A DNA stretch of 64,000 nt from Blastocladiella emersonii ATCC 22665. Taxonomy: Eukaryota; Fungi; Blastocladiomycota. How positions within the stretch are numbered: position 1 is the stretch's first letter; each line of letters opens with the position of its first letter. The stretch is from positions 4,154,001-4,218,000 of the forward strand of contig JANHCV010000001.1 in assembly GCA_025594325.1 (NCBI GenBank). Reading direction: 5' to 3'. Position numbers and translations under genes: made by a program. Shown piece by piece: positions 20,983 to 34,449 of the stretch. The notes beneath the pieces were generated by a model that was given only the letters and a program-made list of their open reading frames with translations, was not told the DNA's origin and ran no database searches.

Positions 20983-23900
20983 ATGAACGATGGCTCGTCA
21001 ACGAACGCGGCCACGGCCCCGGCGGCGGTCGTCGCGGTCGCGCCTCGGGTGCCTGCGCCCGCCGTCGCCGCCGCAGCACCGGCTGGACCGGTCCCCATCG
21101 CGGCAGGTGGTGGCCCCGCTGTCCCCGCGGGCGGCGCGAACGCGGCCAAGCCGTCGCAGTACCAGGACCTCGAGCTCAAGTCCGACGCGTACTCGAAGAA
21201 GATCAACACGCTCAAGGACAAGGCCCTGTACCGCTTCGAGCGCGAGATGAACCTGACGCAGTTCAAGGAGCTCATGATGGTGTTCCAGGAGAAGGCGTCG
21301 CGCGGCGGCAAGCTGACCATCGAGGAGTTCCGCAACGAGTTCGCCAAGATCCTGCAGAAGGAGATGTCCGAGGAGCAGATCACGCTCATGCTGATGCGCA
21401 TCGGGATCCGCGGCAACTTTGTGACGTGGGACGCGTTCGGCAACTTCATGCTGCAGCGTGCGCAGGAGCAGTCCAAGCAGAAGGAGAGCGAGGAGCAGGA
21501 AACCATGCTGTTCGCCATCGCCTCGCGCCTGCTGCCGCTCGGCAAGCCGCAGGCCACGCTGCACAAGGAGATGATCTGCAACATCGTCTACCTGCCGGGC
21601 CAGCAGCGGTTTGTCACCGTGTCGCGCGACGCCTCCATCTGCTACTGGAGCGAGCAGTTCAAGCTGCAGCGGTGCTTCAACTCGGTCCTGTCCGTGCTCC
21701 TCGCACCGAGCCGTCCGCGATGCATCCAACTGACCCCCGCTTCGCTTGTGCTCGTAGCGCGAACAAGCTGCAGAACCAGAACGAGCAGCCGGCCGCGCAG
21801 CAGCAGCAGGCGCAGCAGAGCCAGCACCTGCAGAACGCCAACGCCAAGCAGTGCTGGATCTCGGACTTTGCCCTGCTCCCGGACGTCAAGAAGTGGGTGT
21901 TCGCGACAGACACGCACGAGCTCAGCTTCCACGACTACTCGACGCTGCAGCCGCAGTGCAAGCTCAAGCTGCCGTCCAACGTGCTGTGCATGGACTACTT
22001 CCGCGAGGAGCTCGGCCCGCCGTCCAGCTCGGGCACCGGGTCGAGCGGGCTCGGCCATCCCGTCGGCGGCGGCGCCGGCAACAACTCGAGCACCGACCAG
22101 TACGCGCACGAGGCCATGCTGTTCCTCGGCGACGACCAGGGCGACGTGACGATCCTGACGCTCGAGCCCGACTCGCTCTTCAACCCCAACTCGCCCAACA
22201 TGCTCGCCGCCGCCAAGGGCAACGTCGTCAACCTCGACAAGCGGTCCTTCACGCAGAGCATCAAGCGCAAGCTCCACGGCGACTGGGTCACGCGCGTCAG
22301 GTACTTTCACGAGTTCCGCTCCGTCTACTCGGTCTCGCCCGACCCCAAGGACTCCCTCGTGTGCGGCACCGTCAACACCAAGAAGTGGAAGTTCACGTCG
22401 GCCTCGGTCAACAAGGGCATCAACGCGTTCGCCGTGTGCCGGTTCCCCGTCGCGCTCATCACGGGTGCGTGCTCTCCCTGATGTTCGCCGAGCGTAACTG
22501 ACGTCCACGAACGCGTGTAGTCGGCGCCGACCGCAAGGTGCGGCTGTGGAACCCGCGCCGGATCACGAACCCGCAGGCGAGCATGAAGGGCCACGCGGCG
22601 CCCATCATCGACGTGCAGGTGCAGCAGACGCTCGGCCTGTGCGTGACGCTGTCCACGGACAAAGTGATCAAGATCTGGGACATCCGCAAGATGGCGTGCG
22701 TGCAGACGCTCGCGCAGGGCATCGAGTTTCTGCACCGGCCCGACAACCTGCTCGGATTCGTCCAGTTCGTAACGAGTACCAAGGGCGGCGTGCGGCTCTT
22801 CACCGGGTCCAGCTTCGTCACCGAGTACACGATGCTCGACACGCACACGGCCCGCCAGACGACGTCGCACCTTCAACCGATCCGGTCCGTCGTCTACAAC
22901 CCCGTGTGCAAGATGATCGCGTCGCTGTGCGAGGGCAGCGTGGTGCAAGTCTGGGTGCGACTCTGTTCCACCCGCGGCTGGTCGGCTGTGCAACTGATCG
23001 GCGTACGCGACGCTTGTAGGAAGTGCAAAACGGCGCGTCGACGTTCAAGCTCGACGAGACGCAGACGCCGCGCGAGATCACCTGCATCGGCTTCGACGAG
23101 TACTCGGGCTACCGCCGGATGCTCATCGGAAGTATGAGCTCTACGAATGTTCGTTAATGCGCGCTAACCACCGCACTCGCGAGTGTAGCGGGCGACGGCA
23201 CTGTGCACCTGTCCTCGATCGAGGGTCACGTCCTGTGCGAGATGCGCAAGCGCGACAAGACCGAGATCACGGCGGTCCTCCACGTCGACGCGCCCGAGGG
23301 TCGCTACTTTGTCGCGGCCGGGTGGCAGTGCCGGCTGTACCTGTACGCCGACGACGCCAAGTCCGAGGCCACGTCCATGTACCCGACCGAGGTGTGGAGC
23401 AACCCGGGCGACTCGGGCGAGCTCAAGGATGGCCGCAACGACGACGTGTACGCGCATTCCACGCTGCTCGAGAAGCGTCACGACTAACTCTACGCGTCGA
23501 GTGTAGAATCTCTATGGTCTTTGTGCCGCCGCACTACGTCGTGTACTCGACCCTGCGCGGCGAGATCTGGGTGCGCACCATGGCCGGGCTGCAGGTCGGC
23601 GCGCTGACGCCGCCCGACTTTGACCGGATCCCGCTGTGGAACCGGTCCATCGAGAAGGTCGTGGTACTACGTCCGGTGGTAGCCACGAAACCGTCGTTCG
23701 ATCCCGCCGCGTCGCAGGAGGCCGCACTCCTACCCATCGTCTCGCCGCTCGAGTCGGCGCACATTGCGTCGTGCGGCATGGACGGCTCGCTGCGGTTCTG
23801 GAACCTGCTGACCATGTCGCAAGTTTTCTTCGTCGCGGCGCCGGGCGTCGTAACCATGTGCGCGAGCCCGAAGCGCGAGTACCTGATCACGGGCAACGCG

Positions 23901-25385
23901 ACGGGCGGGCTGTGCGTGTGGTCGCTGCTCGACTCGCACCCGGTGATCGTGCGCAAGTGGCAGGCGCACGTCCGCGCCGTGACGACCATCGAGACCGTGT
24001 CCGCGACGAGCGCCGCGGCCGCGGGCGTTTCGTTCGAGCTCGTCCACGGGGCCGCGGCCGCCAACCTCCCGACGTGCGAGTACTTCATCATCTCCGGGTC
24101 GGCCGACAACAACGTGCGGTGCTGGTCGCCGACGGGCGAGTATATCGGCACGTTCGGGCAGCCGACGCCGTGGGATCTCGCGAACCGTGCGACGTGGCGG
24201 CACCCGGACCGCCCACACGACGTGGCCGGGATGCTGCGGTCGGCCGAGCAGCGCAACGCGGCCGCGGCTGCGCCACCTGCGGCGACCACGACGAGCGGGA
24301 TCAAGGTCGGCCCCGTCGTCGCGGGTGGCAGCGATAGCGGGGACTCGCTCGACGCGCTCGACGACGATGGTGACGACACCGTGGGCATCCGCACCGTCCT
24401 GTCACGGCCATCGACGCGCAGCGGGCGCAACAAGCGCGAGATCGGCAAGCCGGCGCCCACGGATCTCGCGGATGCGGCCTCGCTCACGCTGTCGCAGATC
24501 TTCAACGACACCTCGACGTCGGCCACCTCGTCATCCACGTCGCTGCAGACGGACAGCAAGCCGCCATCGCGAGGCGGTGCTGCTGGCCGCCGCGGTCAAG
24601 GTGTCGCGGGTGGCGGTGGGTCGCGCAAGAGCGCGCTCGCTCGATCCGCCGGGCATCGCGTGGGCTCGAGCGGCCGGCAGGTCCGGCTCAGCGCCGCGTC
24701 CAAGGCGCGGACCAACGGCGCGTCGAACGCCGTCGTCCCCGCCGTCTCCCCAATGCGCGGGTCGACGCCCGGTATCCGTAGCCAGCTCAAGACGGCTGAC
24801 CTGCTCAAGAAGAACTACCAGTCGTGGTTCGCCAAGTCGCGGTTCGCGCAGGAGAACACGTTCAGTCTAGCCGGCGCGGCGCGGGCAGGGCGCGAGGCGC
24901 AGATGCAGCGCGTCGCGGCGGGCGGTGGCGGAGGTGCTGGTCGGCTCGGCCATGGAGGAAAGTCCACGGCAGCGACGGGCCGCAACCCGCGCGGAATCAC
25001 GAACCTGCTCGCAAGTTCCTCGAGCGGGTCCTCGGGATCGATTGGTGGCGACCAAGTGTTCCACGCGCTCCGCGACTATGCGCTCGACGATATCACGCTC
25101 CCGCCGATCCCTGCTCCGCTGATCAAGAACGCGGGAGGTGGCGGTGGAGGGGGAGCGCCGAGTGGGGCAGGCGGCTTGTTCGCATCGCTCAACGGCGGCG
25201 GCGGCAACCCGAGCCCGTTCGGCGGCGGGTTCGCGTCCAAGTTCGCGGCCATGACTGCCAACGTCGGCGCGCGAGCCGCGACGACGGCGAGTCACGGCAC
25301 GGTGTCGCTCCCCGCGCTCCCGGGTGCGAGCGAGGGGCACGCACGGTCGGCCATCTTCCAACCGCAACAGCGCGGCGCGGAGTGA
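20983..25385 (+). CDS. EF-hand plus WD40-repeat protein (WDR49/WDR64/EFCAB8-like), several introns
   Basis: EF-hand-like region (GGKLTIEEFRNEF; GNFVTWDAFGNFML) followed by WD repeats (RFVTVSRDASICYW, GADRKVRLWNP, MKGHAAPIIDV, LSTDKVIKIWDIR, ASCGMDGSLRFWN, ISGSADNNVRCWS) and a low-complexity tail. Confidence 0.75.
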
Positions 25386-25505
25386 ACATGTACAATACTG
25401 AACGTTCGTGATGCGACGCGGTGATCACCTTGCGTCGGATCAGGTGAGCTTTGAGGGTCTTGTCGCGTCGGCCATCCGCTCTCCCCTACCGCCTCACGAA
25501 GCACC

Positions 25506-27650
25506 ATGGGCAGACACGATGAATCCACGCAACCCCATGCATCACGGCCACCGGTAGCCGTGGCGCCCGAATCGCCGCCCTCGCGGTCTTCGTCGTCGCG
25601 CCGGCACAAGGACGAGAAGCGGAGCAGCGGCAGCAGCAGCAGCAAGCCCAAGTCTGCCAAATCTTCTCCCTCCTCCAATTCGAGTAAGAAGCACAAGAAG
25701 AGTAGCAGCAAAAAGCACTCGTCGTCGTCGTCCAAGTCGCACCGCAGCAGCCGGCGCCGCGACGCCGACGAAGCGAGCAGCAGCGACAGCAGCGCGTCGG
25801 ACGACGAGGCCGCCATGTGGGTCGAGAAGACAGTCGCTCCTCCTCCGCCACCAACGCAGGCGCCGGCTGCGCCGGCCGTCGCGCGCGACTCGTGGATGAC
25901 GGGCGCCGCGGACGAAGATCCCATGGCGTCGCTGTTCGGCGGGGCGCGGGACGACCGCAAGTCGGCGGCGCGCGCAGCCGCGAAAGCGGAGAAGAAGAAG
26001 AGTCTGGATCTCGGCGAGGTGCGCATTCTTCGCGTGCCCAATCCTTTCAGCCGACTCACAATCGCTACCCCGTAGGTCCACCTCTCGTCGCGCGAGATCA
26101 ACCCGTACTGGAAAAACGGCGGCCGCGGTCTACCTTCGCTCGCCGCGGCGCACGCGATCCCGAGCTCGGACGACGGCAACGAGTCGGCGTCGTCGACCGC
26201 GTCGACCGTGTCGCACCTCACGCTGCGCAAGATCGACCGCATCCTCGAGCTCGCCGAGGAGGAGGGCCGGCCCGTTGAGGAGGTCGGCGCCGAGCGGTTC
26301 GGCTCGCGGGCCGCGTTCGTCGAGGCGTACGCCGTGTACAAGTCGGCGCGCAAGCCCCGCGCGGCCGCGTCTGGCCTGCGCATCGGGTCGACGGTCACGG
26401 ACGAGGAGACGGGGTTCGCGTCGTCCGACTCGCTCGCGGCGGGCAGCAGCGAGTCCGCGACGCCGACAATGGGGCTCGGGCGCGCGTCGTTCACGGCGAG
26501 CCGGTTGCCCGGCGGCCTTCCGACGCTCGACCCGCGCGGGCGGCCAACTGAGGCGATGCTGCAGGCCGCAGCGCGCGGTGGTGGTGCGGCGGGCGGCGTC
26601 GCGGCCGACGAGGAGAGCATGTCGCTCGAGGAGATGGTGCGGCGCGAGAAGCTAGGTCTGTCCGAGGACATGGACCGGGCCTTCTCGCGGCGGATCGCGC
26701 GCGACGGCGGGTTCAAGGACGAGGTCGACTACATGGACGAGCAGTCGGACCGGCTCGGGCTCGTGGGCGCGTCGGCCGCGGCCAAGCCGAAGCGGTCGCA
26801 CAGCGGGATCGGGTCGAGCGAGGCGGGTGCGGGCGCCAAGCGGCGCAAGCTCGGCATGGACGATTTCCTGCGGCAGAACAAGGCGCTGCAGAAGTGCCAG
26901 TTCTGCTTCCGCGACGGCAAGCTGCCCGAGATGCCGACGATCGTCTCGATTGGCGTCGCAGCGTGCCTGATGCTGGTGCCGTACCACTCGGTCGCGACGT
27001 GCATGATCGTGCCCATGGAGCACATGGTGTCGACGCTTGAGGGCGACGATGCGTTCTGGTCCGAGGTCCGGGTACGATCTTTGGGTGGTTTATCGCGGCG
27101 GCCCGGCTGATACTGACCGCTCGCCCGCAACTGCGTGTAGAACTTCATGAAGTGTCTGATCCAGATGTACGGCGCGCAGGGCAAGAGCGTGCTGTTCGCG
27201 GAGACGGTGCTGGACCCGTCGTGGCACCGGCACACGGTGATCGAGGTGATCCCCGTCCCCCAAGGGATCCACGAGGACGCGGCGGGGTACCTGCGGACGG
27301 CGTTCCGCATGGACGCGGAGGCGGACGAGTGGACGCAGCACGAGGCCGTGGTCGACACGCGCAAGCGCGGCGGGTTCCGTCGCGCGCTGGTGCCCAACCT
27401 GCCGTACGTGCACGTGTGGCTGGACCTGGACGGCGGGCTGGCGCACATCATCGAGGAGCGCACGGCGCGCATGAACGAGCATTTCGTGCGCGAGGTGCTC
27501 GGCAGCGCCATGGACGTGGACCCGGCGCTGTTCCGCAAGCAGCGGTGGCTGTCGCGGCAGACCAACCACGACCGCGTGCGCGCGTTTGTCAAGGGGTGGG
27601 AGGCGTACGACTGGACCAAGATGCTCGAGGGCGGCGAGTACGCCGGGTAG
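25506..27650 (+). CDS. CWF19: CWF19-like 2 spliceosome-associated protein (Cwf19 C-terminal domains); introns 26019-26075 and ~27067-27140
   Basis: REINPYWKNGG, MSLEEMVRREK, CQFCF, CMIVPMEH, FWSEVRNFMKCL, RHTVIEVIPVP, LPYVHVW, GGLAHIIE, WEAYDWTKML. Confidence 0.88.
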
Positions 27651-27761
27651 ATGGAGGAGGAGAGCAAAAAAGAGGAGAGTTTTGTTTTTACACGAATGAC
27701 CCACGAACGGGGGGCGAACAGCAGGATGGAGGGTACCGGCGCCAGGCCGGTTTCCCGAGAC

Positions 27762-28253
27762 TCAGTAGCCGTAGGCGTCGCGGTTGAAGTTGGGCGCCTG
27801 GATGAACGGGCAGAGGACCTTGGACCCGGTCTGGATGAGCGGGTGGCCGCCGACGATCTGCAGGAAGCGCTCGAGGCCGATGCGGCGGTCCTCGATGACG
27901 TGGTCGTCGAAGCGGTTGGTGAAGACCTTGCCGGGGAGCGGCGGGATGTTGACGTGCGGGCACTCGCGCTCGAGGGCGTACTTGAACCACTCGAAATCCG
28001 AGTAGCGACGGCGCACGACCGACTGCTGCGACTTGAAGGCGGGCAGGTTGGTGTGGCACACAATCTCGTAGTCCGTGTACATCTTGCGGCCGATGCCGTG
28101 GGTCTGCGGGTTGCGCACCTCGATCTCGAGGAAGTTCTCGGGCAGCGCGTACGTCTCCTCGGCGGGCAGCGCGCGCGCCGGCTGCAGCACCGGCTGTACG
28201 TCGGGCTGGAACGACCGGTGCGTCACCTTGGGGATGTTGTCGAGAAAGTTCAT
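27762..28253 (-). CDS. SNX3: Sorting nexin 3 (PX-only)
   Basis: [74 protein letters not shown]. Confidence 0.93.
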   Translation of the reverse strand: MNFLDNIPKVTHRSFQPDVQPVLQPARALPAEETYALPENFLEIEVRNPQTHGIGRKMYTDYEIVCHTNLPAFKSQQSVVRRRYSDFEWFKYALERECPHVNIPPLPGKVFTNRFDDHVIEDRRIGLERFLQIVGGHPLIQTGSKVLCPFIQAPNFNRDAYGY

Positions 28254-28700
28254 GCTGGCTGCTGCGTGCCGGTGCGGGGCGGCAGTTGATGGCAGTGTGG
28301 AATGAGCGGTGCGTGTGCGGGTGTGGCGCAGTGGGTGTCGATGACGGCGGTCACGGCAGCGGTGGTGGTCGATGGCGTGGGGTTGACACAGAAGCAAGCG
28401 CGGTTATCGTCGACGCGCGAGATCCGTTTCCGTGAGTTATTGATGCGTAGCAGGAATCGTCTTAGGCGATGCGGGCAGCGAGCGTGGGCGGGCGCGGACA
28501 AGAGAAACGCGAAGGGAGGAAGGCGCGGCGCGCGTAGCGAGCGGTCACGCGACGTCGACAACACCGCTCCCTTCGCGCGCTCCGCCTCGCGCCGCTCCGT
28601 CGTCCTCGTCGCGAGCCGTGCCGATCTACATGACTCGAACCGCAAGTGCCGCCGCGCACCCCATGCATCTTGCCCGCGATCTCTCAGAGTAACCGAAACC

Positions 28701-29609
28701 ATGGTCAACCCGCTCATCTCGCCCGCCGAGGCCAACTTCATCACCACGGGCGTGGCCGAGGACCTGCGCGGCGACGGCCGGTCGCGCACGCAGTTCCGCG
28801 ACATGGTCGTCGAGACGGGCGTGCTCGCCAACGCCAGCGGGTCGTGCCGCCTCAAGCTCGACGGCACCGACGTGCTGGTCGGCGTCAAGGTCGACGTGGG
28901 CGCGACCGACGCCGAGCGCCCGGGCGAGGGCCGCTTCGAGTGCAGCGTCGACTGCGCGCCGACCGCGACCGCGGGCTTCGAGGGCGCCACGTCGCTCGAC
29001 GACCTGACGCTCGAGCTGACCCAGCTCGTGTCGCGCCGGCTGACGCCCGCGGGCCTGCCCGGCGTCGATTTCGCGCAGCTCGGCATCATCGAGGGCTCGC
29101 AGTGCTGGATCGTGTACGTCGACGCCATGGTGCTCGCCGTCGCGGGCAACGTCGAGGACTGCCTGTTCCTCGCCATCAAGGCCGCCCTCGCCACCACCAC
29201 GATCCCGGGCATCCAGCTCGTCGAGCAGGCCCAGGGCGATATGGACTTTGAGATCCTCGACGACCCCTCGGCCGCGCGCCCCGTGCCGGGCGCCGACCAG
29301 CTCCCGCTGTGCGTCACCGTCAACAAGATTGGCCACCGCCACGTCCTCGACGCGACCGCGCTCGAAGAACAGGTCGCGTCCGCGCGCCTGCACGTCTTTG
29401 CCACCCCGAACGGCAACGTCACGCACATCCAAAAGTCGGGCCGCGGCGGTATCGAGCCCGCCCTGCTCCGCGACATGAGCAGCGTCGGCCGCCGCGCCGC
29501 CGTCCAGCTGCACCACCGGCTCGCCGAGGCACTCAAGCGCGAGGCCGAGCACGCCGACACGGCGCGCCGGACGGGCGTCAAGGTCAAGAAGTTTGGACTG
29601 TTTGCGTAA
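28701..29609 (+). CDS. RRP42: Exosome core subunit Rrp42/EXOSC7 (RNase PH fold)
   Basis: LRGDGRSRTQFR, NASGSCRL, TDVLVGVKVDVG, GRFECSVDC, CWIVYVDAMVL, GNVEDCLFLAIKAALATTTIP. Confidence 0.9.
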   Translation: MVNPLISPAEANFITTGVAEDLRGDGRSRTQFRDMVVETGVLANASGSCRLKLDGTDVLVGVKVDVGATDAERPGEGRFECSVDCAPTATAGFEGATSLDDLTLELTQLVSRRLTPAGLPGVDFAQLGIIEGSQCWIVYVDAMVLAVAGNVEDCLFLAIKAALATTTIPGIQLVEQAQGDMDFEILDDPSAARPVPGADQLPLCVTVNKIGHRHVLDATALEEQVASARLHVFATPNGNVTHIQKSGRGGIEPALLRDMSSVGRRAAVQLHHRLAEALKREAEHADTARRTGVKVKKFGLFA

Positions 29610-29703
29610 TTTATTCGTTCTTTCATGCGTGTATGGATGCCAACAACAAATGTGTATATTCAAAGTCAGATCACAGCTGGTCTAGCATCGAAAGCGAACC
29701 CAT

Positions 29704-31577
29704 TCAGAACAGCAGGTTCCCGCCCGCCGACCCGCCAGCCTGGCCGCCCTGGCCCGCGCCGCCGCCGCCCATCCCCATGCCGGACGCGCGCACCGCCTGC
29801 TGCTGGGCCTGCTGCTGCATGAGCGAGTTCATGGACGGGCCCGCGACGGGCGTGGCCTTGGCCCCGAGCATCGACAGCGAGTCGAGGTCCACGAGGTTCG
29901 ACCCGACCAGCGCGCTGAGCGGCGTCGCCGCAGTCACCTTGGGCACGCCCGACGATGTCGGCGTCATGACGCCCGTGCCGACCGAGCTGCCCGTCGCCGA
30001 CGTCGGGACCATGGGCGCACCACCCATCGAGAACCCGCCCGACATCGACGACGCAGCATAGTTCCCGCCGGCCGTGGTAGGCGCGGCGGGCGCGGACGCG
30101 AACGCGCAAAAGTCGCCGAACCCGGCCGAGCTGTGCGACGGCGTCGCCATCATGGGCTTGGGCGGCGACGCCGAGATGAGCGGGGCCGCGCCGCCGAACG
30201 CGCCGATCCCGTTGGCCGCCGCCGCTGCGGGCGCGGGGGCCGCAAAGGCCCCGAAACCCGCGGGCGCTGCGGGCGCGGGGGCAGCAGCAGCGAACGCGCC
30301 GAATCCGGCCAGCGGAGCAGCGGCGGCGGCAGCAGGCGCGGGCGGCGCGGCCTGGAAGTCGGCGAAATCGTCGTGCGCGGCGGGCTTGGCGGGTGGTGGG
30401 TTGTTGGCCGAGGCAAAGTCGCCCCAGTCGTCGTCGTGCGCCTTGGTCGCGGAGGCGAAGGCGCCGAAGCCGACGGCAGAGGAGGAAGCGGCGCCGGGAG
30501 CGGGCGGCGCCGGGTCGTCGAAGCCGAGGAGGTCAACGACGGCGGGTTTGGGTGCCGGAACGCTCGCGGGGGCGGCCGAGGGGAGCGTGGACGCGGACGT
30601 GGCCGAGGTCGGGGTGGCCGTGTCGACGACGTTGGCGTAGTAGTTGTTGGGGTTGGTCGCGGCGGCAGCGGCCGAGGTCGAGATGTTGGAGCCGCTGAAG
30701 CCCGAGCTGCTGCCACTGCGGAACGAGTCGGAGCCGAAGCCGCCGTACCGGCTCGAGCCCGAGCCGCCGTTGCCGTTGGCGTTGTTGCCGAAGCCGCCCG
30801 AGCGCGAGCCGTCCGAGCCGACGCCGCCGTACTTGGCCTTGTTCTCGGCGGCCTTTTGGCGCTCGGCGCGGATCAGGGCCTCGTCCTGCAGCAGGTCGAG
30901 GATGAGCTTGGCGCGGTGGCGGACTAGAGAGAGATTCGTGTGAGATGACGCGATTGTCGCCGAGAGAGAAGGAGCGTACTGTTGATGCCCTGGTCCTTGC
31001 CCTTCTCGTCCACGTACTGGTAGTTGAGCGAGGCCTTGAGCTCGTAGGTGTGGGCGCGCACGTACTCGACGACGCGGTCCGAGCCGTTCTTGATGAGGTA
31101 CTCGATGAGGGTGAGCGACTTGTAGACGTTGCGCCAGGTGCGGCCCTCCTGCGAGAAGCGCTTGTATATGGCGGGCATCACCTCGTTGAAGCCCTGGCTG
31201 TAGGGTTAGCGGTAGCGGGTGGGTTAGGCGATAGGTCCGAGCCGCGCAGGAGGAGAATCGAGGCGTACTAGTCGTAAGTGGCCTTGCTACACGCGAGAAC
31301 GGGGAGTGCATGTTAGACGAAGCCTAGCGCGTACGGGAGAAGCAACGTACGCAAGCTCCTGCATGAGGGTCGAGCTGGCGCCCCAGGCCTCGCTGCTGGT
31401 GGCCTCGCGCACCTTCTGCTCGAGCTCGGTGAGGTTGAGGACCGCCGCCTTCCTGCAGAGAGGGTATCACACGGTATCGTAAGCGGGAGACGCGGGATCC
31501 CGACGGCGAACGGGCGAGGCGTACACTTTGTTGAAGGCGGACTTGATGTCGCCGACGTCCAGCGCGCCAAAGTTCAT
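29704..31577 (-). CDS. ENT3: ENTH-domain epsin, Ent3/CLINT1-like; four 5' introns
   Basis: VLNLTELEQKVREATSSEAWGASSTLMQE, WRNVYKSLTLIEYLIKNGSDRV, DEKGKDQGINVRHRAK, followed by DLLGF and DDWGDF/FADF adaptor-binding motifs. Confidence 0.88.
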
Positions 31578-32888
31578 GGTGGAAGATGCGCTCTACTCTA
31601 GCGGCGTGCGGGAGCGCGCGTCAGATCCAGCGAGCGCAACGCAGTGCTGTGGCGCGTCGATGACATGAACGACGCGTCGGCGTGAGGATCGGGATCGGAG
31701 CGCTTACATGCGAGGGAGGGCGGTGGCGCGTAGATTGCCGGTGCTGCAGCGGCGTCGGTGACAGTGCGGCTGGTTGATGGCGCGAGCGAGCAGCAGCGGA
31801 GTGCGGGTGCCGGGCGGGATCGCGACGGCGGCAGCGACGGCGGCGCGAGACAGCGTTCCCGCACGACCAAGGCGTCGGTCACGTGCGCGGTGGCTCTGCG
31901 TGGCGGCGACGCGTCGCTTTCTCGCTGCCTTCTCCGCCCGTTTGCGGCATCCTCTGCCGTGGGCGGGTTCCTGGACACGTTCTCGGCCAGGCTGGCTCTC
32001 ATGTTCTCGAGCTCCCAGAGGTAGAAGCGACCTCGGGGCGGTCGGAACGACGGATCTTGTCCGCTTACTCGCCGGGCGTCCCGAGCAGGACCTCGGCCGC
32101 CCTCTCGGTTGCCTCGCCATGGCACGGCCCTGCAAGCCTTCCTGCAGCGAGCACCGAGCCTCTAGAGCGAGTTTCCCGCGGGATCAGGCCCTTGATCAAC
32201 GAAACCAGCGGGATCGGCCCCATGTGAGCGAACTGCCATTCTAACGTGAGCCTCCCCGAGTCGGCACTTGACCGAGGTGGTCGAGGGAGGGGTGCGAGAC
32301 AGCCGCGAGACAGCGCCGTTATCCGAGAGTAATGCCATTGGTCCCGGAGTGAACCGGCGGACTTCTCCGCGCCGCCGCGTCGCGCGTTTCGGCCGTGCAT
32401 GGCTTGCCAGCACGCTGCGACTACTCCCCCGCCGCCCATAAATACGGGCCTCGCCCCTCCACCCCTCTCGCTCTGATCCGGTTTGGTGTCCCGACCTTTT
32501 GCGTCGCCTCTGGTACTTGCACCGTCCCATGTATCATAAGTCCCCGGTCCCGGTCCCCCGAGCCCGCGTCGCCGCGTCGCCGCGCTGCTGTGATCCTGCC
32601 CCTCTGCGCGGATCCTGATTGCTATCTATGATCATCCCTCCACCTCCCGCCCGCCTGCGCTACATGCAGCGGTATGCAGCGCGAAGCCTCTGACGCGTCG
32701 GATCCGCTCCGGCAGTAGCGGCAGCAGCTCCTCGACCCACGGACCACGGACCGCCCGCATCGACCTTGCCGACGACGCGATCCGCTAACCCAACCCTCCC
32801 TCGCTCGCTCTCTCCAGGATTGCGCAACCCGCTGCATCTTGCACACTCGACCCTCGCGCAGATTGCTGCCGCCACCACCACCATCACC

Positions 32889-34184
32889 ATGTCGCTCCCG
32901 ACCAACGGCGTCACCGTCGTCCTCGGCTCCCAGTGGGGCGACGAGGGCAAGGGCAAGCTCGTCGACGTGCTCGCGCAGGAGGCCGACGTCGTCGCCCGCT
33001 GCCAGGGCGGCAACAACGCCGGCCACACGATCGTCGTCGACGGCAAGAAGTTCGACTTCCACATGCTGCCGTCGGGCCTCATCAACCCCGACTGCATCTC
33101 GGTCATCGGCAACGGCGTCGTCGTGCACCTGCCCTCGCTGTTCGCCGAGCTCGAGACCACCGAGAAGAAGGGCATCCCGTGCGCCGGCCGCCTCTTCGTC
33201 TCGGCCCGCGCCCACCTCGTCTTCGACGTGCACCAGATCGTCGACGGCCTGCGCGAGCTCGAGCGCGGCGGCTCCACCATCGGCACCACCCGCAAGGGCA
33301 TCGGACCGGCCTACTCGTCCAAGGCCTCGCGCTCGGGCCTGCGCGTCCACCACCTCTTCAACTTTGACGAGTTTGCCGAGCACTTCACCAAGTTCGTCGC
33401 CAACCGCAAGAAGCGCTACGGCGACTTCGACTACGACGTGGCCGCCGAGCTCGACCGGTATCGCGCCTACGCCGAGCGCCTGCGCCCCATGGTCATCGAC
33501 ACCGTGTCCTACATGAACAAGTCGATTGTCGCCAAGAAGCGCGTCCTCGTCGAGGGCGCCAACGCCGCCATGCTCGACATCGATTTCGGCACCTACCCCT
33601 ACGTCACCTCCTCCAACACCACCGTCGGCGGCGTGTGCACCGGTCTCGGCATCGCGCCCACCCGCATCGCCAAGGTCATCGGCGTCGTCAAGGCGTACAC
33701 GACGCGCGTCGGCGGCGGCCCGTTCCCGACCGAGCAGCTCAACTCGGTCGGCGAGCACCTGCAAACGGTCGGCGCCGAGTTCGGCGTGACCACGGGCCGC
33801 AAGCGCCGGTGCGGCTGGCTCGACATGGTCGTGCTCAACTACTCGCACGCCATCAACGGGTACACGTCCATCAACCTGACCAAGCTCGACGTGCTCGACC
33901 AGCTGCCCGAGGTCAAGATCGGCGTCAAGTACACGCACACGCCAACAGGAGAGGTGCTCGACTCGTTCCCCGCCGATCTCAAGTTCCTGTCCGAGTGCGA
34001 GGTCACCTACGAGACCTTCCCCGGCTGGATGACCGACATCACCAAGGTCCGCAAGTGGGACGACCTGCCCGTCAACGCCCAGAAGTACGTGCGCCGCATC
34101 GAGGAGCTCATGGGCGTGCCCGTCGAGTGGATCGGCGTCGGGCCCGGCCGCGAGGCCCTCGTGTCGGTGCCCCTGCGCAACTAG
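32889..34184 (+). CDS. ADE12: Adenylosuccinate synthetase
   Basis: [93 protein letters not shown]. Intronless, 431 aa. Confidence 0.97.
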   Translation: MSLPTNGVTVVLGSQWGDEGKGKLVDVLAQEADVVARCQGGNNAGHTIVVDGKKFDFHMLPSGLINPDCISVIGNGVVVHLPSLFAELETTEKKGIPCAGRLFVSARAHLVFDVHQIVDGLRELERGGSTIGTTRKGIGPAYSSKASRSGLRVHHLFNFDEFAEHFTKFVANRKKRYGDFDYDVAAELDRYRAYAERLRPMVIDTVSYMNKSIVAKKRVLVEGANAAMLDIDFGTYPYVTSSNTTVGGVCTGLGIAPTRIAKVIGVVKAYTTRVGGGPFPTEQLNSVGEHLQTVGAEFGVTTGRKRRCGWLDMVVLNYSHAINGYTSINLTKLDVLDQLPEVKIGVKYTHTPTGEVLDSFPADLKFLSECEVTYETFPGWMTDITKVRKWDDLPVNAQKYVRRIEELMGVPVEWIGVGPGREALVSVPLRN

Positions 34185-34449
34185 GTCCCCTCTTAGCTGT
34201 CTACTAGCTGTTGTTCATATCAGTTCCCCCCTCTCGTAATCGTATATAACCCCTTGATATTCGAAAACCACTACTTGATGATCGACGGGATTGGGGATGC
34301 TGCAGCAACTGGTCCAAGTGAGCGGTCATGGAAGCGTCGTCTAACGTTGAGCCCTGGTTCTGGTCTAGCGCACGATCGAACGCGATGACCAGCGAAAAGA
34401 ACATAAAGAACAACTATCGTGCACGACCGGAAGGCCAAACGGTGAACAA

